Source: Guillardia theta CCMP2712 (Eukaryota > Protista > Cryptophyta). From it: DNA of 64,000 nt. The notes beneath the pieces were generated by a model. It worked only from the letters and a program-made list of their open reading frames with translations. It was not told where the DNA came from and ran no database searches. The stretch is from positions 203,726-267,725 of the forward strand of contig NW_005434625.1 of the NCBI RefSeq assembly GCF_000315625.1, given 5' to 3'. Of this stretch, positions 22,501 to 34,839 are shown piece after piece (within the stretch, counting starts at the first letter, position 1; every line of letters begins with the position of its first letter). A program made the translations under genes and the position numbers.

Positions 22501-24310
22501 GAGGCTGAAGAACTATGGTACTACATGACGTTAGTACAACAGTTGGGCAAGAACAGTCGAATCTTCAGCTAAAGAGAGTTGCAGGCACGGCAGTGTCGAG
22601 TCCTGCCAGCATGGCACTCAAGTCTTCAGCACTGTTTCGGCTCAGCACCGACGAGGAACGGGAGCAAGTCAACAGGCAGTAGAAGAGCACTAGGCAAGAA
22701 TGCATAACAAATGGATCAGGAGCAGGGATTCTCAGCGACGACAAAGGACAGAAGAAGGAACACGATCGCTTCAAGAGAAACCTTGAGAGGAAGAGGAGAA
22801 CAAATGCAACAGGAAACGAACAATTTCACCAAGAAGCAGCCGCCAACAACATTAGTGCAACTAGCAAGCTACATCATGGGAAGAGTACACGCTCGAACAG
22901 CTCAAGACGAGCTGGAAGGGTTGGAGCACGATCCACGTGAGCTACATGACTTCATCATGCAAAGGAAGCATGCAAGTTGAATCAGCGAAGGAGGAAGGGA
23001 CAAAGTCAGGGGAAGAACGTGATCGAGTAATGATGAGGAAGATGAGAACCCGATAAGGCAGAGGTGGTTCTGGAAAAATGGTGATCGTCCATCGCATGGT
23101 AAATGTAGCATCATCAACAGTATCAGGCAGTAGAGTCGGAGGATCAAACTTTAGATTAATGTGATTATGATATGAAGCGAAGGGAAGAGGATGGGTATCA
23201 GACACGACTTGAGGAAAACAGTGTAATCGAGGATGAGAAACAGCTTGATCACGATGAACGTACTCAGTAGCAGCAGCAGCCGCATCAGCATCAACATCTG
23301 CTAGCATTTCAGGTTCCATTGCAATCAGTGTTGTTGAGTAAATCCTCAAAGGGATCTACTACACGCGGAGACCACCCCCCTACCCACACTCCTAGATCCC
23401 CACCCCACCTACATATTACCCTACCCCTCCCAAACATGTTCTACCCCCACAAATCGTCATAGCCAACCAACCCCACCTCTATACATTAGATGGATACCCG
23501 CCACCTCAATCGTTCTTTGTATGACCCCACCCCTAGCTGGGTAAGAGGGCCTGTAACCCTTATGTATAAATTGATCACCACCCCCACCTGCTTATCGTAG
23601 ACCACTTGCTGTGACTACCTTAAGTTGGACCATTCACCACCGGTTTGTGCTAGGTACCCTACCCCTGTAAGCTAATACCCCCTACCCCAAACTCGCCCTC
23701 TGCAGCCATGCACGTTCAGGTTCGCTACGCCGCCATACCACCTCTTCCCCTTGCCGTGCGACTTCTTGCCCGACCCCGCTCTTCGCAACCTCCTCCTCCT
23801 CCCACCTGTTGCTCTACGAACTTGGACCCCAACTCCAGTCCAATCTTTTCATCTATGCCTCATTAACTTGTACAACCCGCTTCCCTCGCTGTTGTCTCCC
23901 TCGTGGTTGTTCGAAACCGTCTCCTCATCGTCAGTACACTCTTACCATCCTTTCCCCCTCGAACTTGAAGTCATACTTGCATGCTTGGACCTTTTAATGG
24001 TCATCTTTGCATCTCTGCAAATCGTTTGCTTGGCCTTCGACCTCTCTCGCCACACCTCGTGCTCCCAACTGATTTCCAAAGATGCTTATAGTCCCGTGTA
24101 ATGATTCAGCTAGCTAGTGTGAGACATGTATTGTCCCTGTTATTCGTAGGCAGTTGTTCACCTCCTCTGAACCAGGCTCACCTGTCTTCTTCCTAAAATC
24201 CTTTTCAGTTGCAGATTGAGTAGGATTCAGGGGCTTGGAAGAAGACAGGCATGACTGATTATCATTTCTTTTATCGCCGCATGTGCGAGAGATCAAGAAC
24301 AACACCTGAA

Positions 24311-25861
24311 ATGCTCCGTCGCAAGGACGTTTCGAAGTCCACCAGTGCTACCATGGGAGCAGCAAGCGAACGTCGAATAGTGATTCCGCATGCCGAAGAA
24401 GGGGAGTATGGGGAGGACGGATTGAACTACATGGGCCACATGGTTGCTGGCAGCATAGCGGGCATGTCGGAGCATGCGATCATGTACCCAGCTGATACGA
24501 TCAAGACTCGGATGCAAGTCACTGCCAGCAGACACCAGCCGCAGTACGGCGGGGTCTACAACGCTCTATCGCTCATCCTCAAGAACGAAGGCGTCTTTGG
24601 GATTTATCGAGGGGTTGGTGCAGTTCTCTTGGGCGCTATTCCAGGTCTTGTGGCATGTGGGGGGGTGTACATGCCATAAAGGGTTTCGTAGGACATGCCA
24701 TGCATTTCGCTGTTTACGAGGCGGCAAAGCAGCGACTGGGAGGCTCGCACACGTCGTCTGGACGAGTAAGGAGAGGAGAGAGTTGTGGGTGTTCTGAGAG
24801 CAGCACCAAAGGGAAGCAGTCATCTTCAGCACATGGTAGCTGACATGATGTCTGGATCTGCGGCTACTCTCGTTCACGATGGGTGAGAAGCGTCGGAGGT
24901 TTGGGCGAGTCGCTCACTCCGGTTCTCAGGATCTCCACGCCTGTGGACGTGGTGAAGCAGAGGATGCAGCTCTACGGCTCCAGGAAGATGTACGGAGACA
25001 GACTGTTCGAGTGCATCCAGAACATTTACAAGTGAATACTCATGGATGCTCCATTGCTGTTCTTTGACTGGGTTGATTCGTGACGACAGAGAGGGAGGAG
25101 TAAGGCAGTTTTACCTTTCTTACCCCACCACCGTGGCGATGAACATTCCCGTCTTTGCCGTATACTTTGCAACCTATGAAAAAGTGATCAGCAATCGTGG
25201 TGATGCCCCGAACTAAACGAGCAAGCGCAGGTCAAGAAAACCATCGCTCCTCATATTGCAACAAATCTCGACGAAGGAACTTTCAACCCTCAGGTTCTTT
25301 TGAAGCTGATGATCCTGCGGAGGTTCCTGACCTTCTCTCAAGGTCCATTGCGTGGCCGGAGGCATGGCAGGCGCTATTGCTGCAGCTTGCTCGAACCCCC
25401 TCGACGTCATCAAGACAAGATTGCAAACGCAGGTGACGGAAGCACTTGGAATGACTTTGAAGTCTGACGTTGGATCCGATCGACTGGATCAGGTCACGAG
25501 TTACGAAATGAGTGGAGAAAAGAAGATGGAGTTCTCGGGCCCACGACAGGTGACGCTTGAGAGGGAGGAAGGAGACTGAGAAGCCTTGCAGGTTGTTCAG
25601 CATCTGATGAAGACTGAGGGCGTACGAGGATTCCTAAGAGGAGTTGGAGCAAGAGTGAGTTGAGGGCGGGGAAATGGGTTGAGCTGATGCGGTCCTACGA
25701 AAGATGCTCTATCAAGCTCCGGGGGCGGCAGTCTGCTGGGTCACATACGAATACATGAAGTGAGCCGTCCTGTGCGCACACCGGAGCTCATGCGTTATGG
25801 CAGGCACATCCTCGAATCATCGCTATTCGGAACTTTCTTCTTGGACGATGATGACGACTGA
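24311..25861 (+). CDS. Mitochondrial carrier (SLC25), mitoferrin/MRS3-4-like iron transporter
   Basis: Three PxDxxKxR signatures (PADTIKTR, PVDVVKQR, PLDVIKTR). Mitoferrin-type EHAIMYP, PGHAMHFAVYE and SYPTTVAMNIP. Stop 25859-25861; start could be 24352. Confidence 0.9.
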
Positions 25862-25952
25862 GTCAACCTACATGTTGTGATGGAAGCAGGCAGGAGTTCT
25901 CATCCTTTACAAGATGTTCTTACATATGCGAAGACCTCTTCCTTTGACACCC

Positions 25953-27354
25953 TTAAGAGAACATCACGAGGACTTGTTTCTGAGTTGCCATCACAGGATC
26001 GTCTACCGTTAGCTCAACTCCGCTCGATCGGATCCACGAGCTAATGGGATGGTCCAAGTTCTCCCGCGTCCTCTCGTAGATGCTCTTCACATGAGGGTTG
26101 TAGATGGTCTTCATGCCGGAAGTTGTGTCCGCCGGAACTGAGATCGCCGGGTTCTTGAGCCGCAGCCGCGAGTCTTCCTTCATCAGCTCGATGAGCTGAG
26201 CGACGGTGATGTCCTCATGCACATGGATCTTCACCGCCTTCCGTCCGCAGACAGGACAGTCATCCTTCCTCTCGTGAGAGAGTGTGTTGGTGTAGATCGC
26301 GTCTCCTCCCTGGTACATCATATAGTGCCCTCCACTCTCCGTGCTCATGTGCCTCGACACCGCAGTCGCAAGCTTGAGAACTTCGTTTGCACAGGCCGCA
26401 GCGACGATGGCGTTAGTGGCAGCGATGGCTGGAATGATCCTCTTGGCAACGCCCTGGGTGAACTTGAGCGTCACCCCCTCGATCCCGAACTGCTGTGCTC
26501 GTTTCAGCGCCGTCTCGTAGAGCCACTGCATGTGCTTGGGGTCGTCGCACTCGAGGTCGGTGTCGTCACCGAAAGGCCTCACACGGTCCCACTCCAGCTG
26601 CTTCGCCCACTCCACACAGTGCGCGGGGGTGCGCGGGATGTCGGCGAGGGTGCACATGGGGAAGTTGACCTGAGGGGGGAAGAGGGGGAGGATGCACTCG
26701 AAGCAGGGAGTCACGAAGGGGTAGATAACATTGACGTGGCCGGCAAGACCCTCCGTCCCTCCGTCGACCATCGGGATGTTGGTGCCTGGCTCTATGTTCC
26801 CGTCATCGTCGAACTGCGCGAGGCTGCAGACCATGTCATTCATCCACCTCCTCGCCTCCAGCGAGTCCAGCCCGAGGACGATAATCTGGAACTGCTGGTA
26901 AAAGTCAGCGTCCTTCTCCTGGATCTTGCAGAAGTGCGGGGTGACGCTGGCGCCGGGGACGCGCTTGTTGATGAAGTTGGCTGCCACAACGGCCTTGGAC
27001 TGACCCACGTCGCACTTTCTGAACAGGAACTGACGGTTCAAGTTGGTGACCTCAATCGTGTCCATATCGATCACGTCGATGTTGAGAAAGCCAAGGAGGG
27101 TGAGATCTTTCAGCAGCTCGCATCCCAGCCCTCCAGCTCCAACCACAAGCACTCGGATCAGGTTGTGCAGGAGCTCCTTGGTCTCATCGCCAGGAAAGAA
27201 GTTCGGGCCCGCGCTCGGACCTAGGACGGCCCAGGATCAGTCGTGTCCTTGCTGCCAGCGTTGCCTCACCTGGTCGGGAGAGCAGGCGATACAGATCCTC
27301 CCACCGACGATCAGGATCGATGTCAACTCGCATCTCGACGTCAGTTGATGCCAT
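25953..27354 (-). CDS. UBA3: NEDD8-activating enzyme E1 catalytic subunit
   Basis: LVVGAGGLGCE, DMDTIEVTNLNRQFLF, DGGTEG, catalytic PMCTLADIPRTPAHC, IIPAIAATNA and a C-terminal E2-binding region. One 5' intron; ATG at 27354. Confidence 0.93.
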
Positions 27355-27949
27355 CTCGACCACCTCAAGAGTCTAGCGAGCATGACAGGTCAGATCACAG
27401 CGGCGGAGCGCTATAGCCTCCCTACGCACTATTGGAACCAGATTGGCCCGCTTCCTTACAGTCTTCTGATCTCATGATTGCATTACCAGACCCATGGCAA
27501 TGAAGCTCTGGCTACGAGATCATTCTCGGATGCTCGCTCGCTCCCTGAACCCCTCTATCTACAACTTCCTTGACCGTCAACTCCCTGCTCCAACTAATCT
27601 TCCTGTCAACCTCCTGTGTTGTTTCGAGCACGCCGATCAGAACAGCTCCCCTCCTCCTCCTCTCTTGCCACCAGGTTCTTCGCCTGACATTTTGCCCCTC
27701 TTCTTGTTCCCTGCACTCCTTCCTCTCTGGATCCTCCCCTCCCTCCAGTCCTCTGCCTTTGCTCCCTCCTCCCATTCATCTTCTGCTCCTATGAGTCTTA
27801 TTCGTCAGCTCCCAATATTCCCCTTCCCTTCTCCTCTTGCTCTTCTTCTTCCTGCCTCCTCTCCTCCCCCCCTCTCCTTCATCCTCCTCCTCCTGCCTCT
27901 TCCTCTCCCCTGACGCCTAGCATGTCTGTGAGGATGCTCTGAGTGACCT

Positions 27950-28680
27950 GCACATGTAACCGCCCATAACGGCTCGAATCAGGCGGGCCTGAGTGACCAC
28001 TGCCGATCGTCAGTGACGCCGGGGCCGGCCGGGCCCAATCCGAGTCGGCCGAGGGCCGGGCATTGGCAAACTGTTAACTTAAGTTACGCAGGCTCGCCGG
28101 CCTTGAGCCTCTGACTCAGGTCCCGCCATTCACCAAGCTCAACTTGCGTGAAGTTTAATGCCGGTTGCACTTCGGAACTACAGCACTAGTGACTCAGGCT
28201 TAGTAGGCTCAGTTGAGGCCGGCCGCCCGGCGGCGCCCGGCGGCGCGCGGCGCGGCCCCCGGGCCCCGGGCCCCGGTGAGTCCCGGTCGCTCGGAACTTT
28301 CGAAGTTCCGGCGGGCCGCGACCGTCCGACCGTTCACATTGAAGGCTAACGTCGGACCGGGCCTCCGATACTGCGCTCAGCCTGGCGCAAGCCGCCATCG
28401 TGACCGCCGCGCCATGCAATCATGAATGATTGGCCGGGTGTCACAAGTATGACCGGCCCGGTACTCGCTTTGGCGGCCACCGTGGCACTGCCCGCCGAAC
28501 AATCCGATTTAAGGCCGCGCTCACCGTCACGCCTGAGCCCGGCGGCGGCTGAGCCTGAGCCTGGCACGGTTCACGGTTCATGCAACTCAACAGCCGCCGC
28601 CGCTGGCAAAGTGCCGCTGTGCGCCGGCTGCTGTACGGTACCCGCCAGCCGGCCGGCCGTCGGGTTGGCGGCGCGGCGAG
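27950..28680. other. GC-rich palindrome-word intergenic island
   Basis: Same vocabulary as the other islands. Confidence 0.7.
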
Positions 28681-28759
28681 GCTTGTTCACCAACAATTCC
28701 CACTGTGCTCATCGGATGAGGCAATCGCCGTCTTGGCATCAACCTGCTCCGCCCTCACT

Positions 28760-30994
28760 CCCAGAACACTTACTTCACATACAGAGCAGTCAGGTGTACT
28801 GCAAGTCAAAAGGAGCCGCTGGTTGGAGGCCTCAAAAGGCTTCCTGCTCTCAGACTCTGCCAGCATTGCCGCTGGCTGGATTAATAGCTGAGTCTCCAGC
28901 TGTCAGAGTCTCCTCGGTACAATGCTCGGTCTCTCCAAGGGCAGCCTCCACGTCTACAGGCGTTGCGGCTGGTGCTGGTGCTGGTGCTGCGACCTGCAAG
29001 CCGACTGCCGTTGAATCAGGAGCCGATGGCGTGGCTCCATGTACGACAGCGAGTTCAACATCGAATTCGCGCTTCAACCAAAAGTAGTTGGCATACACTG
29101 AAACAAGATGTCAGGCCTTTGCATGCAGATCAACAGCCGCACTGACCAATCCAGAAGCTTCCAACGAAAGAGATGACGGCGCTGGCGATCGCTACTCCAA
29201 ACCCAGATCTGCCAGTAAGGGTAAGAGGATCGAATGACGCACAGCAAGCGTAGTGGCAGCGACTCACCCTACTCGAGCTACTGCAGATTTGCTGCTTGTA
29301 GCACCCTGGCACAGTGCATCAGTATCTTCACAACGGAACACGCACTGAAAACGTACAAAGAAATAGGCATTCACTTGGCCCTGAAAGTTGAGCTCCTTCC
29401 AAGCTCGTGAGGAGAAAGAGTTCAAAAATTGCAAAACGTGATCACACCTGCCAAGGGTATGTCGATGAGATGGCAGCACCATATGCGATCACTGCGATGA
29501 TGTTGAGAAGTGAAGAGAACAAGCCAGGAATCAACATAAGCTATAGACAATCAGTTCAGAATGCAGCCTCTTTTAGCAAGGTGCATACCTTCATTTTGGT
29601 GCTGCAGAAATGGCACAAAGCAAGGGCAACAAGCGCGGAAAATGATGAGATCACTAGTAGACTCAGTACCCCTTTGCCTCCTGTTCAGTCGAGAGAGCTC
29701 TTGAATCAGCTCCGTGCCAGGGTATCACACAGCAATCGTTTACCAACACATACAGACTTCACGCGCCAATTGGCTTGCATGTCATAGAAAGCTTTTGAAG
29801 TCATGGCTTCAAGCGCCTGCAAAGAATTAGAGAAACACGAAAGTTTCTTGACTGTAGACCGAGCAGCTGTAGGTCTGCTGTTCTTGACTCGCCTTGAAAG
29901 GGTCGCACCAAATTTGTTTGCATACTTGACTGAACGACAGTCACGAAGCTACAAGAGACTAGCTCACTGGAGACCTGCTGACATCTTCCGCATTCTTCAC
30001 GGCAGGGAACTCATCTACTCCACCGACTTGGCAGGACCACTGTAGCAACAAACAAACTTCAGCGAAAAGAAAAACGATCTCTTTGTCTTGAAAGGCAGAA
30101 GAGGGCACCTTGTTTGCGGATATCCAGTAGTTTGCTTGAAATACTGATGCACAGCTTGCCGTCTGATTTTGATTGTTGTTGTTTTGCACTAGCCGACTTG
30201 TGAGTGCGTTCGATGGTCGTCAGAAAGCAATGTTTACATATCTGAATCATGTCTTCATACTTGACGACTCCATGCACAGAATAGTCCTCTGCGCTGAAGA
30301 TCGTGAACGACTGCGGGATAAATGTCCGATCTCCAAAGTAAAGTGTTTGTTCAACTCTGCAGAGAGATGAGTCTTCACTACTTGAAGAAACAAAGTCACG
30401 ACCTGAACCAGGTTAAAGCTCCAATCGATACAAAATTCAAGAGAGCCACGAGTGTAAAGAGGAGGGATGCCACCAGTTTAATGAACCTACAGCCCTCAGT
30501 CCCTATGGGTCCAACTCAGATAGGTTTGGCACACCTCGACCTCTGCAATTCGCTGCTCAAGCACGCCATGGTCGCAAGTGTGAGGTGGGAGAGGTTGTTT
30601 CAACCACGTCCGGCCTCAACAAACTAACCAAGCAGGCGACATCAAGGCCTACAATAGGGAAAGAAAGTGTCAAACACTCATATTAACCCAATGGAGCAAT
30701 GGAGCACAGGTCAAAACAATGTCGCCGTCATATCAGCATTGTTTGGATCGTGAGTGTCAGGCCCTTCATTCTTGCAAGCATATACGCACGTGTTCTTCCT
30801 CTGCAATTTGATTTTGTTCCCTGTAAAGTCCTAAAGGACCCTCCCATGTTTCTTGACATCCGAAACGAATCCCCCCATTCCCCAGGCCTCCCTTGACACA
30901 CCCTTCCTTCCACCATGTCCCCTCTCGATGCACCGTAGTTCGTGTGAGTCACTATCTGCGCTCGTTCCTCTGCTCGTTGCTCAGCCTCCATCAT
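28760..30994 (-). CDS. Probable multi-exon hypothetical (membrane) protein, boundaries uncertain
   Basis: Coding-like minus-strand fragments including hydrophobic GFGVAIASAVISFVGSFWIG and an A/P-rich tail. Confidence 0.3.
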
Positions 30995-32122
30995 CGTCCA
31001 GCCATATCAGCCGGATAGCCTCCCATCCCCGCGTCACGTCCCTCTGCGTCCGGTTGTATCCCCGGCATCAGTGCTGTAGTGAATTTTTCACTTAACTTTG
31101 AGTAAAAGTGCAACAATGGCCCGGGGCTCCCGGGCAGTAGTGATCGCCCGGGAGAGACGGGCCCCGGGCCCTATCCGGCGAGCCGTGCTCATTTGGTCTG
31201 CCAGCGACCCTGGTACTCTTTCCTCATATCCGTGAGTGTACGGGGATGTCAGCAAGCTAAAAATGCTTCAGTTTTTATTTGGCACGGGTCAGACCTTGAG
31301 CTGTAAAATTGGTACTAAAAATTATTGGCTGACACTTCTGTTCCCATACAATGTTTTAAAGACAGGAGTTAATGGTCTCAAAAATTGAAAAAGAAAGTGT
31401 TGGATTATTACTACAATTGTACAGTGGCATCCGTGAAATGGAGGACCCCAGTTCTGAGGCTCGATTATCGGGTGGTTTATACTGGTGGCCGTGCGCTACG
31501 TATCGCAACGGTTCAGGAGAAGTAGGACAATTATCCATAAGTTCTTGAAGCAACTATTATGGGGGTCGAAATGTACAGTCGCTCCTCTCGTGAAGTTTCA
31601 AATATACCACATATTTTCCCTACACTCAAAACCATTTCGGATTTTGAAGAAAATTCCAATACGAGCTTTTGAAGGGCAGCAGAACTTCTCAGAGGGAACA
31701 TGGAATACAACCACCCGTCGGTCTTCCCAATTGGCCCATGACAAGGTAGGGTAGGGTGGGTCAGGGGATTCGTCAGGGTGGATCCCCTGACCCACTCCGA
31801 GAGGTAGCTCGGGTAGCCAAGATCATGGCGTTGAAGCAGCCGATCTCCCGACAGCCAGTCTTGTGATCGCCTTCCCTGCACCCCGCCAGTCTTGTGCTAG
31901 CCCTTGGCGGTCTTAAGCTCCTGCTCGCTACCGGCCTTACAGCCCGCAGTGTCTGACTGCTCTGCCTTGCCCTCTCCGCTCAGCATTGTGCTGCAGTGGT
32001 TGCGTGTTGTATTCTTTCTAGCCCTCTCGAACAGACCCTGGAGTAGTCTTAGGTGGGTCAGTTTTCCTGGCTGGTTGCTTACCTGCTAATCTGGGAGTCA
32101 ATCTTGACAGCTGTTTAGTCAC

Positions 32123-33028
32123 ATGTTGCATACTGGCACAGAGACGAGGCATTCCTTCGCTTCGATGCCGGAGAAATGTCAAAGTTCTTACCCCCCGCCT
32201 CCTTTCAAACATCTAGAGAACCGATCGAGGATAAAAGAGATCACATCTGGATTCAGATTCCGTTCTGAAAACAATTTTGAAGCAAAACCAACTTATCGTA
32301 AGGTCTCCCCAGTGAAGAAACATGGTTCATTCAACTGCGTGCCATTAAGAAGAGCGCTGGATTCAGCTTTGTGTCCAGAGAGTGCAAAAGGCGATGCTCA
32401 AGCACAGACAGACTTGAATTACACGGGGTCCAAGGTCAATGAACGAGGGGATCAAGCATGGGACGTCAGTCGTACCATTCAACAGTTTCCGATTGAGGTG
32501 CTTGCGAAGCGTGGAAGACTGACGGTTGAGGCAAATGAGCCCTTCTTCATTGTTAGTATTGACGGACCTGGAACTGCGCTTCTCGGCAAGTCTTCGTCTG
32601 CTGTAGTTGGACGTATGGTCAAGTCTGTGAACTGGGATAGTGATCGAAGCAACCAGATGTATGAAGCGGCAAAGCTCACAAGGAGGAATCCATCGAGCAA
32701 GACGTTCTTGACTCTTCCAAGGCAAGGGAAACCCACGTTAATGGTAGCATTCCAGCCAAGTCCTCACTTGGTTGGGGATGGAAGACTTGAGATTCTGCTA
32801 TTTCCGATGCCAGCTGATTGTGATCTTGACTTGGCGGAACCAGTGGTGGAAATAGATCGCGACCCTTCGCCTGCGAGCCGTGGAGAGCATCGAACCGATG
32901 AAAGAGACAGCCCGGACTTGTGCTTGTGGATTTCGGATGAAGAAGTCTGCGAGTTAGAAGGTGATGAAAGAGAGTTTGACTACGTAGCAGAAATCTCAGT
33001 AGACTGCGAGGGGTATTGCTCTAGTTGA
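32123..33028 (+). CDS. Intronless protein with divergent PAS-like domain (paralogue A)
   Basis: 301-aa ORF that aligns by eye with 33146-33784; EPFFIVSIDG...LLGKSSSAVVGR resembles PAS cores. Confidence 0.7.
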   Translation: MLHTGTETRHSFASMPEKCQSSYPPPPFKHLENRSRIKEITSGFRFRSENNFEAKPTYRKVSPVKKHGSFNCVPLRRALDSALCPESAKGDAQAQTDLNYTGSKVNERGDQAWDVSRTIQQFPIEVLAKRGRLTVEANEPFFIVSIDGPGTALLGKSSSAVVGRMVKSVNWDSDRSNQMYEAAKLTRRNPSSKTFLTLPRQGKPTLMVAFQPSPHLVGDGRLEILLFPMPADCDLDLAEPVVEIDRDPSPASRGEHRTDERDSPDLCLWISDEEVCELEGDEREFDYVAEISVDCEGYCSS

Positions 33029-33145
33029 TGTAAAACAACTACTTTCTGCCTGTACATGCTTTTTTTTATTTTCCTTGGATCTGGCATACATCATGCATAT
33101 GTAACTTGACCGAGATTAAGGCATCATAGAGAAATCCTGATCGTA

Positions 33146-33784
33146 TCAGATAGTTTTGCACGGAATTGTAAGCCCAGCTGAGAACTGTTCCGCATAATCA
33201 AAGGCTGCCTCGTCCCCACTGTGGGAATCCATCATCTCTTCGTCTGATATTCCGAGGTCCTTGTCGGGACTGTCTCTCCCTGAAGCTCTGTTTATCTGTG
33301 ACTCATGCTTCGAACAGGATTCCTCCGGTTCACCATCAACTCTTGGGTAAGGGATGCTCATTTTGTTTCTATCGTCCATCGGAAATAGGAGGATCTCCAT
33401 TCTTTTGTCGCCCACCGAGGACAAGCACGACTGAAAAGTGAAAATCAAGTCTTCTTTCTTACATGATCTTGCCATCGTGAGGAATACGCGTCGTCCTGAG
33501 CTGCGTGCCAAACCAGCAGCGGCTATAAGCTTCTGCTCCCCATTCAGCTCGGTATCGATCGACTTCAAGCGACGGCCACTGAGTGCTGACGATGATTTAT
33601 AAAGGAGAGCAGATGCAGGTCCATCGACACTGATGATAAAGAAAGGTTCTGTGTTCTCGAGCACGATTCGTCCACGTCGACATAAGAGATGCATGGGAAG
33701 TCCGGCTACAAATTCTTCCACCTTTCCCTTACTTATTCTCGTGTTCTCCATTTTCAACCCGTTGATGTATAGAAATCTCTGCAA
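33146..33784 (-). CDS. Intronless protein with divergent PAS-like domain (paralogue B); start uncertain
   Basis: EPFFIISVDG...LLYKSSSALSGR, VGDKRMEILLFPM, RDSPD and ISDEE are shared with paralogue A. Confidence 0.7.
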   Translation of the reverse strand: MQRFLYINGLKMENTRISKGKVEEFVAGLPMHLLCRRGRIVLENTEPFFIISVDGPASALLYKSSSALSGRRLKSIDTELNGEQKLIAAAGLARSSGRRVFLTMARSCKKEDLIFTFQSCLSSVGDKRMEILLFPMDDRNKMSIPYPRVDGEPEESCSKHESQINRASGRDSPDKDLGISDEEMMDSHSGDEAAFDYAEQFSAGLTIPCKTI

Positions 33785-34129
33785 AAGCTTGCCCCTCCTT
33801 ATTCTCTTCTGTTTCTTTGAGCTTATAGACTTTGATTCTTCTCTCTTTGCCTTCTAGTTCCTCCTGTTTGTTGTGCTAGGTTTATCGCTTTCGAACACCA
33901 CTACTGGAGTAAAAAAAACTCCGGTCATCCTTCAGTCAGAATTCCACTCATAAGACTTCTTTTCGAGCTAAGAGTATCTAGGTCACGTTACCTGATGACC
34001 CAAAATGCGACCTGGCGTAGACCCCTGCTGACCCCACCCCTCCCCATGTGACGAGATATGGAGGTAGGGCAGCGAAGGAGACAGTAGGAGGCCGCGACGT
34101 CTTGACGCGAAAAGTCAGCCTTCCATGGC

Positions 34130-34839
34130 ATGTCTTCGACGATCGGGCGAGGGGCCCGGCCAGGCCCGGCCCGGGCGGCTGGGCGCCGGAATGCCTGGCG
34201 ACAACCGTCCGGCGATCAAGTCACTGTCAAGTTGCCGCACTGCACTCACGGTGCGCGGCCCGGCCAGCCTCAGGCACAAGAACTAACCATTTGAGTTAAA
34301 AATCAGTAGTATCATGTTACTCCGACACCGCCGTCGCGTCTGTCCCGGCCGCCCGGCGGACTCCTGGCGACCGGGCTGAGTGTCACCGACCGTCCCGGGA
34401 CTCGGGAGGCTCCCTGACCGCCGGTCGACGAGTCGAGCGGCAATGATGAGTGGCGGCCTTGGAAAGCCGCCGACACGGCGTCCGGTACGGTCCGATCGGC
34501 GCGGCTGACCGTACCAGGCTGCCCGGCCCGGCGCCCGGCTCATCAGTGAGTCTGGCAGGAGCCTGGAGCCTGCCGCGAAGGCTCAGTACTTAGTAGGGCC
34601 CGTGACCCGGCGTACCGTACGGCGCCGGGGCCTGCATGGTCGGATCGGACATCAAGTCACAAGTTGAAAGATTTTTTAGTCTTCATTCATTCATTACTTA
34701 CAGTACCGTGACTGCCCTGGCCGCAGTGGCAGCGGCCCGGCCCGTCACGGTCGACCGCCGCCCGGCCCCTTCAAGTTCAGTGCCGGGCCGCGTGCGGCCC
34801 CGCGCCGCGCCCCGGCGCCGAGCCACGGTAGCCTGCGGT
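34130..34839. other. GC-rich palindrome-word intergenic island
   Basis: Same vocabulary; abuts the stop codon of the ART gene. Confidence 0.7.

Noticed and set aside
26217-27224. 335-aa plus-strand ORF (similarly 19113-19820, 35284-36012 and 57443-57880)
   Set aside because: Antisense shadows of GC3-rich real genes (UBA3, SNF2, ART, H2B).
27494-27913. Pro/Leu/Ser-rich ORF upstream of UBA3
   Set aside because: Pyrimidine-tract low complexity; no support as a protein.
28158-29087. R/P/A/G-rich ORFs in GC islands (also at 15166, 34283, 55740 and 62828)
   Set aside because: Explained by stop-codon scarcity in high-GC sequence; no domain signal.
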